Assembly (NCBI GenBank): GCA_965645245.1
Contig: OZ287071.1
Coordinates: forward strand, 2,170,001-2,234,000
Origin: Massalongia carnosa
Taxonomy: Eukaryota
Reading direction: 5' to 3'
Length of the DNA: 64,000 bases
The notes under the pieces were generated by a model. The model worked only from the letters and a program-made list of their open reading frames with translations. It did not search any database and was not told the origin of the DNA. This document shows, piece by piece, positions 26,904 through 38,089 of the stretch; positions within the stretch are counted from its first letter, which is position 1, and each line of letters begins with the position of its first letter. The translations under genes were made by a program, and so were the position numbers.

Positions 26904-29900
26904 CTTTTTTTTAACCCCAACAATATCATCAACCAACCAACACTCAGTAACAACTAGGCCACCATCGATGATTTCATTTGTCTTGTTCTTGCTCAGCACC
27001 AATGAAGCTATACGCATGGGTATTCTCCAACTTATTATCAGCTCTCCCGCTAAGCTCTTCAACTTGTGATCGACGACTAATAGCAGAGAGAGAAGGTTCA
27101 GCTTAATTGATTTCTGACAAAAGATTTTTGATTATGCAAACCAACTAATTTAGTATGCTAAGAGCATATCTTCCACGGTGTTTTTACTCTTATCGTTCAA
27201 TGGCCTTGCAGTTCTTCCTCGTATCACTTGCATGGAACAATCCATCTCTCATCCAGTCATCGGGTCTTAGGCCTTGGCACTGGTTTAGGCAACGGCAAAT
27301 CTCTTAAGGCGCAAGTGGGTGGGAGCAACAAATAAACAAGAGCATTGAAATATTCAATGCATGGCGCTAGAAGCTAATGAAAGATTTTGTGCGCAATTGT
27401 TACTTTGAACTAACAAAAGCAATGGAGCAACCAACAAGCATCTCGAGTATGCAGCAGCCAGAAACTATTTAAACTCAGCCACGCAGGTTAGTTTAGTTAA
27501 TTCGACACGTTGTCGAGGTTGCAGCTGTCGTATGTGAGGTTAGCAGTCCATAGAAGATCTACACGTCCAGCGTTAAATTTTGCCGCTGCCGCGTTTGCCG
27601 TCAAAGTTCTCCCCCAAACCGGAGCTTAACAAACAAAATATGAATCATCAGTCTTACTCCATCAAACTTCCTACATACTTACAGATAGAGCTTGATATAA
27701 TGGATCATTCATTCCCGATAAGCATAAATATTGCTTTACACGTCGATATGGTAATGCTCAACAAGACACAGAACCCGGTGTTCGTTTGGTTCGCCATAAG
27801 AGAACCAAGAGGCTGCTCGACTTACGAGCAACACAGGCTTTCTTAGGCTGCTTTAACCTTACAATCTGTGCTTGGGGTAGTGCTGTTGGAGACTACTACG
27901 AAAATCTAGCAGCAAATTACCCTTCTATCATCAAAACCTATAGTTTCTGTCCAGCTCTCCGTGGTGGCGACTCAGGATACCACTACAGTCGGTCTCCTCC
28001 TTTAGGTCGTATAAGATAACTCACCTCTCGTTATCTATATCGGAAGAGCCTACCCACTTGCCTATCATGATAGCTAAGAGTGTTCGGCAAACGAGTTGCA
28101 TCTTACGGTAGACAATCTTCCAACGACGACAGATCTCAGGGTAAACATTCGTTACCTAGCTGAAGGTTTGATAATATACAACCAGAAATATCAAAACTTT
28201 CATTACAGATTTTGCCATTGGCGGTAGATATCGTATTATTTAGGCTCTTTCCAACAGTAGCAGCTAAGTATGATATCAGGTTCTCTCATGGAAAGTAAGA
28301 CATTTTTGTTTCTTGCGCAATACGCTTCATTCCTATTGGCAAAACTCTTTGAGACATATACTTAGGGACTGCTAGCCAGACACATTGAGAGCTTGAAAGA
28401 CTTATAATATCTCCATACAGGTGGGATTAACTGAGAGTTATAATCTAGTAGAGGCAAGAAGGAACTATGATAAAGCGACATTACTATAGATTTCATCAGC
28501 ATCGAATTATTAACTACAGAGAAAAAGCAGAGATTTTGATGGCTCAGCCATTGTAGAGTCATGTCATTGATGTGGTACTGGTGGGCCATTCGGCTTTCAG
28601 GGTTGGTTCACGCTTTCTCAATTTTTTCTAGCGTTGTTTTTTGGGAACATTTAGCAGAACGATGACTGGAAATCTCAAAAAAGACCTTTCGACAGCGAAC
28701 AAGATTTCAATGCGTTACTAAAATCATAGCACTGACAACTGTTTCGATATCAACCATCAATGAGAACCATCTCGCTTTGGTCTCGGGTATGCTCAAAAGC
28801 AAATATCTTCCGATTGAAACTTTAGGCACCAAAAATTATGGCAAGTTTTGAGTGTGTTGCAGCAATTGCAGGATGGCGAATAGCGGGCTGATACCCAGAG
28901 CACTGGGAAGTTGTAGATGCATATTATGTTGAGCTATCCTTAACTGATCGGCCAACGTATGTTCTCGATATACTCAAGCTGTATTGCTCAGATGGGCCAT
29001 CCACTCAGAATTGATGGCTTTCGCGTGGTAAGGTTCCTCCTCGTAATTTCTTATCCCAGACCTGCCCGCCTAGGTGGAACCAAAAAAATGCAAAGCAAAC
29101 TAGGAGCCAGTTTATTAACTCACCAGCCGAGTTCAGGGCTTGTGTTTTTTTAGAATAGATCTTCCCTAGATCCAACTACAGAGCCTGAGTTACAAACTCA
29201 ATCGGATGGAGAAGCCCCTTAACTTTCTTAAGAACCTCGCCGACCCAGGGTGCAATCTCCCAACGGAGGATCTGGAGGTATTTTCGTCAAGAGTGTTAGT
29301 TGTGGAGCGGATGCTTGCTCTATGTAGTCTACTCAAGCTGAGAAGGTAAGACCCGGTTATTAAGATAGAGAAACCTATTACTCAAGTCAGAACTCTCCGG
29401 CGAAAGTCGCAGTTTCTTTCGATTTCTCCACCTACAATATGGCAGCACTTCCATATAACTTGTTGATGTTGAGCCTGAGTCACAGTGTAACGCTCTAACG
29501 CTCTCAACTGCAACCCGAAGATTTTATTTGAACAAGTTTAAAATCTAAATAGGTATTTTTTTTTCTTCCTGGTGATGGATGGGATAAAACCATTGCTGTG
29601 GCATCGGTCATCGAAGGTAGAAATTAAAGCTCCCCGGAGGTTCTTTGTTTTATCGCGAGTAGTGAACGGGTTCGAGAAGAATATGGCTGTCATACAGTTC
29701 TAATAAACTAGTTTTTTTTCGCTTTCTTATTTGGAACCTATGCGAAGTACTTACCTCTGCTCACGCTTCAGTATGACTTCAAGGTGCGATAGCGCCAACG
29801 TCTGTCGATCTCTCAATATCATGGTTCTCGGGTTCTACCTGATGCTTCGAGAAGAACACTGGTTTACTATATGTTACCGTTGGGTCTTTAGCCAAGGTTT

Positions 29901-30201
29901 GATTAAATTGTTGTCGGTCGCTTTGTTTCATATATTCACTACCGCAAAACTTGATTTAGGCCGTTAAGTCTCCTAGGTCACCCAGGGATGCTTTGCGATT
30001 TAGAACGATGCAGGACCCGGTTGGTAGGAGCGTCGGATTGTTGTTGGAGTTCTACGTATCACGATATCAGGAAACAGACGACTATTTAAGTATTTAGATT
30101 TTTTGTCCGCGTTTGAATTACGGATTATTTCCGAAGCTTGAACGCAAAGCCGTCTGAGATTGGGATTACGACAAACGCTTGAAGTAATAGGTAGGTTTCG
30201 A

Positions 30202-31063
30202 TCACATTGCTATCGGCTGATCTGCCGGATACTGGTCGACTCCAGAAGCATCAAAGTTAATGAAGTTATTGTATATAGGATTACGTTGGATTTCATTGTC
30301 GCTGGACCAGATGTTGTCCGCGATACCGCTCCCAGTTTTATCATAACTTATTAAGGGAGCGAATTCTGAGTTCCCCCCAGCCGCACTATAATCAGTCGAC
30401 TCGGTGTTCAGTATTTCACCCCCAGATGCATCATAACTTATCAATTTATTCTGCACCAGATCACCCTCGGAACTTGCCGCCTCTTTTTCCCGATGGTCAC
30501 CGAGTGGAGAATCAACTTGAATCCCAGGTCCAGCTTGTACACAACATCGAGCACCGTCAAATGGGCAGAGCGATCTAAGGTTCATGTCAGCCTTTACGTA
30601 GTACCAAATCTGATTGCAGACGACGAACGGGTCAGGCGAGAGAACACCTCTGTAAAAAGGCGAGCAAAACCGGTTTTTGTCCTCATTCAAGCAGAAAAAA
30701 TTAAACGCTTTTTGTCCACATCCCTGGTTCACGATGCAACAGGACAGGCCTTGAGTGCCTTCACCGTGATGATAACACTTAGCGCAAACTCGCCGAGAGT
30801 ATGTTCCGGGAGCGCTGAGAAAGGTGAAGTCTTACCACAGTCTTCCATTATGGACACGCCTTGACACAAAACGTAGCTGGCGCAGTGACCTGTTCGTGTG
30901 GTCCCCCAGTTCTGAATCCAAAGTGATTAGTGGGAGCACGCAGCGTCGCTGAAAGAATAGATGTACTAACATTCTGTACCGAGCATTGATCCCCTGCATT
31001 TTTCCCTACTACGCCTACAAAGCCGACGACCAGAAACCAAGCGTAGCGAAAAAGCAACTTCAT
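30202..31063 (-). CDS. Small secreted cysteine-rich protein (effector or antimicrobial-like candidate)
   Basis: Exons 31063-30971, 30911-30836, 30758-30202 with GT-AG introns and branch sites, frame consistent. Signal peptide MKLLFRYAWFLVVGFVGVVG, 13 Cys in two modules each ending in CC, acidic tail. Confidence 0.75.
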
Positions 31064-33133
31064 ATCTCAAAGCCAAACCTGGCGAAAATTCACTTAAGCG
31101 ACGGGCAGGTACAAGACGTTTTATAGTCATCTGAAAACACGCCATCACAAATCGACTAAATCCGGGAGAAACGGGAGGATCTCACCAACTCCGAAATGAG
31201 AAGTAAGCGATACCTTCAGACGAAAGCTTAAAAGGAATGATCAAATGTCACGCAGACTCTATGAACTACGAATCCTCCTATATCTTTAAACTTTGTAGAA
31301 AGCGCAAGGATAACGCACAGGCAACCGTTATGGAGGCTTGAAGAGGTAAAATTCTTATTTCAGCGAACTTCGAACCTTTAAACACACCCGTAGGCGGAGC
31401 GTTTACTTCTTTCTCGTTCTTTGGGACTTTTTACAAGGCAGCCAAGCCGCACCGGTTTGCGGTTTCCCCACCTTTTTCCGAGTCGAGTTTGCCACGCGAC
31501 AGCCCGTCCGTTACCGACGGGTCGGAACGGGATTATGGATTCTGGTTTCTAGCTTTGTACCAAGGCTCAACAAGATCTTGCAGAAAACCTGCTCAAAACT
31601 TTACGCATTTCAATGGCGATGCTTGTGGCGATACCGGACATTCTTTCGAGATGATGTCCTGTCATCTATGAAAGAAACGCACGTGACCATTCCTTTCATC
31701 ACGCTGTTTCTAGACAATTGTCATTCTCTGGATTCATTTCATTTTTAGTACATTTTTCGTAGTGGCAGGCCTCAGCCGCAGTGACCGCCATGGGCCAAGT
31801 ACCCGTACCTGGGATAATATCAACACGGTCAGCTTATCAGACGAAATCATATCAAGGAATCGAGCCCGTGAGAAGGCTATATAGTATGAAGAATGGGTAG
31901 GGTATGGCAGACGAAAAAATAAAGAGAAATCCTTCAAAGCGGTAAAATTATGAGTATTAAACCCCTGGGGATATACCGACAGCAGGATCAAGGCCCATTC
32001 ATGCCTTGTTGGCTGCTTCGTCGACGAGCGAGCCTAAGTTTTTCGGAATGGTCGAGAAGGCCTAATCAAGACTGTGGGTTATACCTGGACGCATCCAGAA
32101 AGTTGATCAAAATCATGGCGAAATAATCTAACGACTTGGGAGCAGAACAGCTGCGTCTTCACAGCACGGCCGACAAAATGTAGAAACTCTCCAGCGTGAT
32201 TCATCGATGGGTTTTTCCTTCTCTCTCTCTATATAACGAGTTGTAATTATCAATCAGGATTGAGCCCACTCCGCACCTTTGCACTCTCAGGTCCCGTGAG
32301 AAGCGTTACGTACCGTTAAATAAACCCTAAGCTAAGACGGATAAAAGTGGGTCCGCAGCGAAGCGCCAACGCAAGAGTTCGTGTATGGCATTTCTGGCTA
32401 GCGGACAAGTCTTTGCCTCTTTTGCCTCCCTTTTCACTCCCTGTAACTTCTCCGTACTCGTAATCGTAATCCATGCTCGCTCATCCAATCAATCAACTCC
32501 TCTTAAACTCCGATCCCCGATCCCGACTCAGAGATACAGCCAATCATACCTGTACAAAGCAAGCCCAGAGCATGGTGTGCATTGTGCCCGCCTGCAGGTC
32601 CCGCTGTCTAGTCCCAGAGCAAAAACGCCACTTCGCCAGATCCAAGCTTACAACTCCTTACTTTTTGGAATTATCACCGTTCAATTCTTTTAATTTGGTT
32701 CCACAGTCTGTCGTTACTTTCCGGTCTTTTGTATATACGATAACGTCAAGTGTCTCTCAGCGTCTTTTCAAACCCCCATACATACATTACGGAGTATATA
32801 TTGTGCTTTTTTTCATGCATTAAACACAACCTACGTCCCCGGCACCGTGAAAGGAGAGATTCAAATTGAAATAATTGATCTCGATTTTGTGTTTCAAGCT
32901 TTTGAATTGTCATTCATTGCGTTGGAATTTCCATTGAAGGAACGAGGGATCCATTAAGCAACTAGGAGATCGAGCGTTCAAACCATCACCCATCGAGTAT
33001 CGTCATTAAAGCCATCAGATCTGCAAAGTCCATTCACAAGCCCTTTCAAATCGGTCCAACGCATTTGTCCGTCAACAATCAGACTCCCACACAAGGACCT
33101 AAAACCCACGCGACAACCCCACAATCTCCAAAG

Positions 33134-33688
33134 ATGCGCGTCGGAACGTTTTTCATCATCTTCGCCACACCCGCCGCTCTCGCAGACGACCTCTCCCCCT
33201 CAGCAACCTCCACGCAGCCTCGCTCAGACACGATCTACACCCCCATAACCACCCTACCGCCAGTTCCTCATCCCCATCTCGACCTCCGCGCCCACACCGC
33301 CACAACTCCCAAAGTTACTACTCCGGCTGTGGCCCCTGTCGCTCCAGCTGCACCAGTCGCGCCCGCCGCACCCGTCGTCCCCCCCGCAGCCCCAGCCGCC
33401 CCAGTCGCCCCTGGTGGAGCCGGCGCCCCTCCCGCGGCTGCGGTACCCAAACCCCCAGGGGATGGCCAGGTCCCGACTATCACGACCATTATGCAGAACA
33501 CGGTTATTGGTGGGGTACCGAAGCAGGTGCCCGTTGTGTACACACAGACTTTTGCGAAGGTGCCGAGTCAGGGCCCAGCGCCGCAAGAGGGGACAATCGG
33601 GTTGGGGACTTTGACCAAGGAGGGAGGTGCGGCGAAGGAGACGGGGAGTGGGGGGAAGTCTAAGCGGTGGGTGTTTGGGCGGTGGTGA
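33134..33688 (+). CDS. Secreted Pro/Ala/Thr-rich Kre1-like cell-wall protein
   Basis: Signal peptide MRVGTFFIIFATPAALA, (PAAPVA)-type repeats, and Kre1-like motif VVYTQTFAKVPSQGPAPQEGTIGLGTL. Confidence 0.75.
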   Translation: MRVGTFFIIFATPAALADDLSPSATSTQPRSDTIYTPITTLPPVPHPHLDLRAHTATTPKVTTPAVAPVAPAAPVAPAAPVVPPAAPAAPVAPGGAGAPPAAAVPKPPGDGQVPTITTIMQNTVIGGVPKQVPVVYTQTFAKVPSQGPAPQEGTIGLGTLTKEGGAAKETGSGGKSKRWVFGRW

Positions 33689-34137
33689 GACTTTTAGAGT
33701 TATTAGTACTCTGTATCAGGTGACTTATCTTGGAGAATAGTTCTTCCGGGATCTCTGTTGTGGGAGAAAGGTTATCAATCTTATTCTCAAACACGATGAA
33801 TATGTACAGAATATGGTTAGATACAAAGTGGACCGTACATGCAGCACTCTCTTGTCAACTGAATGCGGTAGTCCTTCTTTCTCTTTCCTCTCTGTTCGCT
33901 ATGTCGATATTTCGGCATGGAATATCTCGTTTCAACCCGTGCTAGGTTTGTCCAGCATCCCGCGTCTCTTAGCATCAATGCCGCTAAAACCAATAGGAAT
34001 TCCGCTGTTTTCTTTTCAACTCCTCTGTTCTTCGATCTTGGTTTTTGCTATCTATCCTGTCCGCAAACCTCATTACCAGCAAATAACGTCAAGTCCTCGG
34101 TCTAGCGCTGGCATGTTCGACAACGGCTAAAACAAAC

Positions 34138-35601
34138 ATGAGAGGGGATGTCGAGAAACTGTATGACGCATCCGAAAGTTTACGTTCCCGTTTGCTCTTT
34201 GCCCTGGGTCTCCTTCTCGGGGCATTGAAGATCGCAGGGCTTGCACTGCTCCCCAGCTTCGTCCTCCACTACCTAAATCCGGCGCCCACAAAACCCGAGA
34301 AGGTATTTCGAACCTCATATTTGAATGGGCTAAGAGGCGTGGCGGCCCTCCTCGTGTTTGTTCGCCACTATACAGTCCCCTACCAACCCCTTGTCGAGCT
34401 GGGCTACGGGCAACTCTATAACGACGAAACATATAATGGGCTCATGCGTCTTCCGTTTTTGCGTCTCCTGTACGATGGGCCGGCTCGTGCGGTTTTCTTC
34501 CTTATCTCCGGATACGTCATATCAATGAAGCCTCTGAAGCTCATCCACAACCGATGCTGGGAAGCGCTGTTCCAAAGCCTGGCCGTCTCGGTCTTCGGCC
34601 GAGGAATGAGACTTTTTCTCCCTCCGCTGCTGTCGACGTTCGTGGTTATGATAGCCGTTCAGGTGCATCTGTACGATTTCCCCTACGAGTCCTACATGAC
34701 CGGCCTCGTGCCTCAGCACCCAGATCGCATGCCCACGTTTTGGGCGCAGGGTTTGGACTGGGCTACGTTTGTGGTGGCGGAGCTCATGAATCCGTGGAAA
34801 TGGCTTACCACTGCATCGAAATACGACAGCCATCTATGGACGGTGCCAATTCAATACAAATGCACCATGATCCTCCTCACTGTAATCCTCGCTCTGGCGA
34901 GAACCCGCCGTCGCGTACGGCTATCGGTCGGGGCTGTGTTATTCTCATACTGCATAGCTGTCACCAGATGGGACGTCGCTCTCCACCTTGCCGGCCTTTT
35001 TCTAGCAGAACTCGATCTCATCTATCAAGAACCGGCGGCCGCTATAGAAGACCCCTTGGGCCAAACCCTAGCAATACAACCCCCAAAGAAAACCCTCTCC
35101 CCCTTCCTCTGGCCCGGCATATGCATCATCGGTCTCTACCTAGGCTCCTTCCCACGCACTATACTCGGCGACGGCGCCCTCGGCTTCGGCCATCTCTCGG
35201 CCATAACCCCCCGCTTCAAGACCTGGCACGCCATCGCTGCCATTCTCATCGTCTGGGCGCTCCGCAACTCCTCGACCCTGCAAGCTCCCTTCACCTCCCC
35301 CGTCTTGCTCTACCTTGGCAAGATCTCCTTCTCCCTCTATCTCGTGCACGGGCCCGTCCTGCACATGTTCGGGTACGCCATCGTGCCGTTCATGTGGACG
35401 CTCACGGGAAGGGAGGCAGGAGTTGGTTACCAGCTGGGGTTTTTCATGGGCTTGCTCGTGCTGGGTCCGCTGGTAGTGTGGGCCGCGGACGTGTTTTGGC
35501 GCTTGGTCGAGCTGCCTTGCATGGAAGTTTCCGGGTGGGTGGAGCGGCGGTGTTTTTTGCCCGCGGAATCCGCTTCTTACGCCGTGCTTGGGCCCGGTTA
35601 A
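34138..35601 (+). CDS. Acyltransferase family 3 (OafA-like membrane O-acyltransferase)
   Basis: Intronless 487 aa. YLNGLRGVAALLVFVRH, VFFLISGYVIS, RGMRLFLP, HLWTVPIQY, YLGKISFSLYLVHGP, and multiple TM segments. Confidence 0.92.
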   Translation: MRGDVEKLYDASESLRSRLLFALGLLLGALKIAGLALLPSFVLHYLNPAPTKPEKVFRTSYLNGLRGVAALLVFVRHYTVPYQPLVELGYGQLYNDETYNGLMRLPFLRLLYDGPARAVFFLISGYVISMKPLKLIHNRCWEALFQSLAVSVFGRGMRLFLPPLLSTFVVMIAVQVHLYDFPYESYMTGLVPQHPDRMPTFWAQGLDWATFVVAELMNPWKWLTTASKYDSHLWTVPIQYKCTMILLTVILALARTRRRVRLSVGAVLFSYCIAVTRWDVALHLAGLFLAELDLIYQEPAAAIEDPLGQTLAIQPPKKTLSPFLWPGICIIGLYLGSFPRTILGDGALGFGHLSAITPRFKTWHAIAAILIVWALRNSSTLQAPFTSPVLLYLGKISFSLYLVHGPVLHMFGYAIVPFMWTLTGREAGVGYQLGFFMGLLVLGPLVVWAADVFWRLVELPCMEVSGWVERRCFLPAESASYAVLGPG

Positions 35602-37539
35602 TTAGGGCGATGCCGCTGGTCTGTTTTGCTTCTACCGCTTATGTTAGCTGGGAAGGGGGCGTGTCATTGTTTCCTCAAGCTTGGCTTGATTCCTCATTTC
35701 TATAACTAGCCAAGCGCATTCCATTCCTCCCTTCTCCCCCCGCCCCTCCAAAAAAATTCCCCAATATCCAAAACACATCACAAACCAAGCCAGTTCTCAT
35801 CATCCAAATCTTTTCAATCCTCATTTATGATGTTGTCTATCAGAACCTCACTTCTAGGCCCCCCCCAAAACTTCTATGTACGAGTGAGTACCTCTTTCTA
35901 GGCCCCTCCTAGCTACTACTGGGTACACAGTTACCCCCCTTCGTCACCATCATCTTAGCATCCCTGTTCTTTTATTTCCCAAACCCTGAATCTAAATCCA
36001 GATTATTATGTTTTATATGTATAGATTCCTACCCCCTGGAGCTTTGTGCAGAGTTTTTTTTTAAAAAAAAGACTCTCTTCTTTCCAATTCATCCATTCTT
36101 TATTTTTCGTCAGATAGGTAAACAAATAGTAAGAGATTTAATTTGGTTCTTTCCGTTGCTCGTTTCTCTTCTTCTTGCTTTTTTTTACTTTCTTACTCTC
36201 TGATACTTTTCTTTTCTTTTCTCTCTTCTCAATCTCATTTCTAAATTTCTAAACTGATTTTTTCTCTCTCTCTCTCTTTCTACCCATACATTCCTCTCTC
36301 TCGTCCTCTCGTCTTCCCAAGCATCGTGAAAACATTCCTCGTCTTCTTCTTCTTCTTCTTCTTCTACATCTCTTCCTCAAAATTCTTTCCCCCCTCCCCC
36401 ACAGAATCAGCCAATCAGCCAATCAACCAAGCCAGCTAGCCAGCCAGCCCGTTAGTCAGCCAGATAGATTCAGCCTAACAGATTTACCAACTCCGAGCCC
36501 AACTCCGACTCTCCTGAATCTGAATCTGAATCCGAAACAGAACCCGAAACATGACCATGCATAATTATATATGACGACCCCTTAAATCCTCCCAATACCC
36601 ATCCCCGATTCGCGCGACTTTCGAAACGCGAATCCCTGCCTGCTTTGCCTGATCTGCCTAATCTTGACCTTCCCCTTTCCACTTGGAATCCGTAACACCT
36701 ACATACCTATTAACATATCTACTACTCTCAGCTTCCCCCAACAGTGTACGTACGTATGTACCTGATCTCAAGAGTCAACTTAATCATGAACCCTGAAAGA
36801 CATGGAAGACTGCGGTTGAGTTGACACTGCGCTGGAATCTCTCTGCTCTCCATTAATCCCCTGATCCCACCATCCGAAACTTGGCGATGAGCGTGAGCAG
36901 TCGTGATTTAGTTAATTAGAATCGAACAGAAAGTCTACGTGCGATACTGTCTACGCAGTTGGGAATCTCGACTAGTTGACTGAGCGATTACTTGCTTGAT
37001 TGATTGATTGAAAAGAAATGGCTGGTCTTTGTAATTCTCGATTGTTGATGGATGAATGGATAGATTGATAGACAGAAATAAATCAGTAGAGAAATAGGAA
37101 CTGAGATTAGGGCGAAACGGGAATAGTGCATTGTTATCACTATAGTAGAAGGTAGGTAGATGGCAGGCAGGCAGGCAGGCAAATATGGGAAGAGAGGAAA
37201 AGGAAAGGTATAGTAAACCAGCTAGGTAGAGAGAATGGGAGAGGAAAAGTAAAGGGAAAAAGCGGATGAGAACTAGAAAGAATGGAGGAGTAGAGGATAA
37301 TGACCGTTCATCCATTCGTTGGATAAGGAACAAATAAATCGAAAAGTCTTCGTTACATGGCAAAAAATATCAAGCGTGAAACAATCGATCCTATACCATA
37401 CCTCCCCCTCACCCCCTCGTTGGCCAAATACTCTTGCTTTGAAATATCCATAAACTCCCCTCAAAACCTATTCCTTCTCAAGCTCCTCCACCTTCCCTCG
37501 CTTATCCGCTATCCTAACTAGACCCCTCCTACATACCTT

Positions 37540-38089
37540 CTACCTCCCAAAGCCCCTCTGGGTGAGCGCCTCTCGGCGCGCTAGTTCTTTTTTCTCGTCG
37601 CGGGCGGAATATGCTGTTTTAGATGAAAAAGAGGGGCGGTTAGTTAGTTGGAGTTTTTGATCAATGGGAGAGGGGGTTATTTTGGTGTTTAGGAGGGAGG
37701 ATGGATGGGGAGAAGAGACGAGTAGTAGTGGAAGAGTAGTGGAAGAGTGGATGGGTGGGGTAGAGAAGGAAACGGAAAGAAGAAGGATGATGAGTTAGAA
37801 GGTGGTGAACAGAGGTGTTGAAAGAAAAGATCCCGATGAGAAAGATGTTGAATGAAAGAATCGACAAGAAAAGTGTTGAGCCGAACGTAAGCATGTTGAA
37901 TGGAAACTTCTGTCTACATTGACATGTGTGAAAAGTGGAAGTATTGACAAACTCACCTCTCCAAAACACCAAATACAACACCATCGACAACGCAAAGAAC
38001 GCAACGAACCCCATCATGATACCGATCTCATGCCCTACGGACGGGGCCGCGTGGAAAGGCAACTTGGGGGTTAGGTTTTGGATTGGCAT
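37540..38089 (-). CDS. 68-aa single-pass membrane microprotein
   Basis: Exons 38089-37957 and 37613-37540 with a GTGAGT...CTAAC...CAG intron give MPIQNLTPKLPFHAAPSVGHEIGIMMGFVAFFALSMVLYLVFWRAYSARDEKKELARREALTQRGFGR*. Confidence 0.7.

Noticed and set aside
34554..35705. 383-aa alternate-frame ORF over the acyltransferase, and similar shadow ORFs over UreD, GH16 and FMP27
   Set aside because: Pro/Arg-rich shadow frames expected from GC-rich codon usage of the real genes.
36040..37260. Poly-pyrimidine, (CT)n, (CTT)n, (AGCC)n and (GGCA)n tracts with hydrophobic ORFs
   Set aside because: Ordinary intergenic microsatellites; no repeat-spacer (CRISPR-like) structure.
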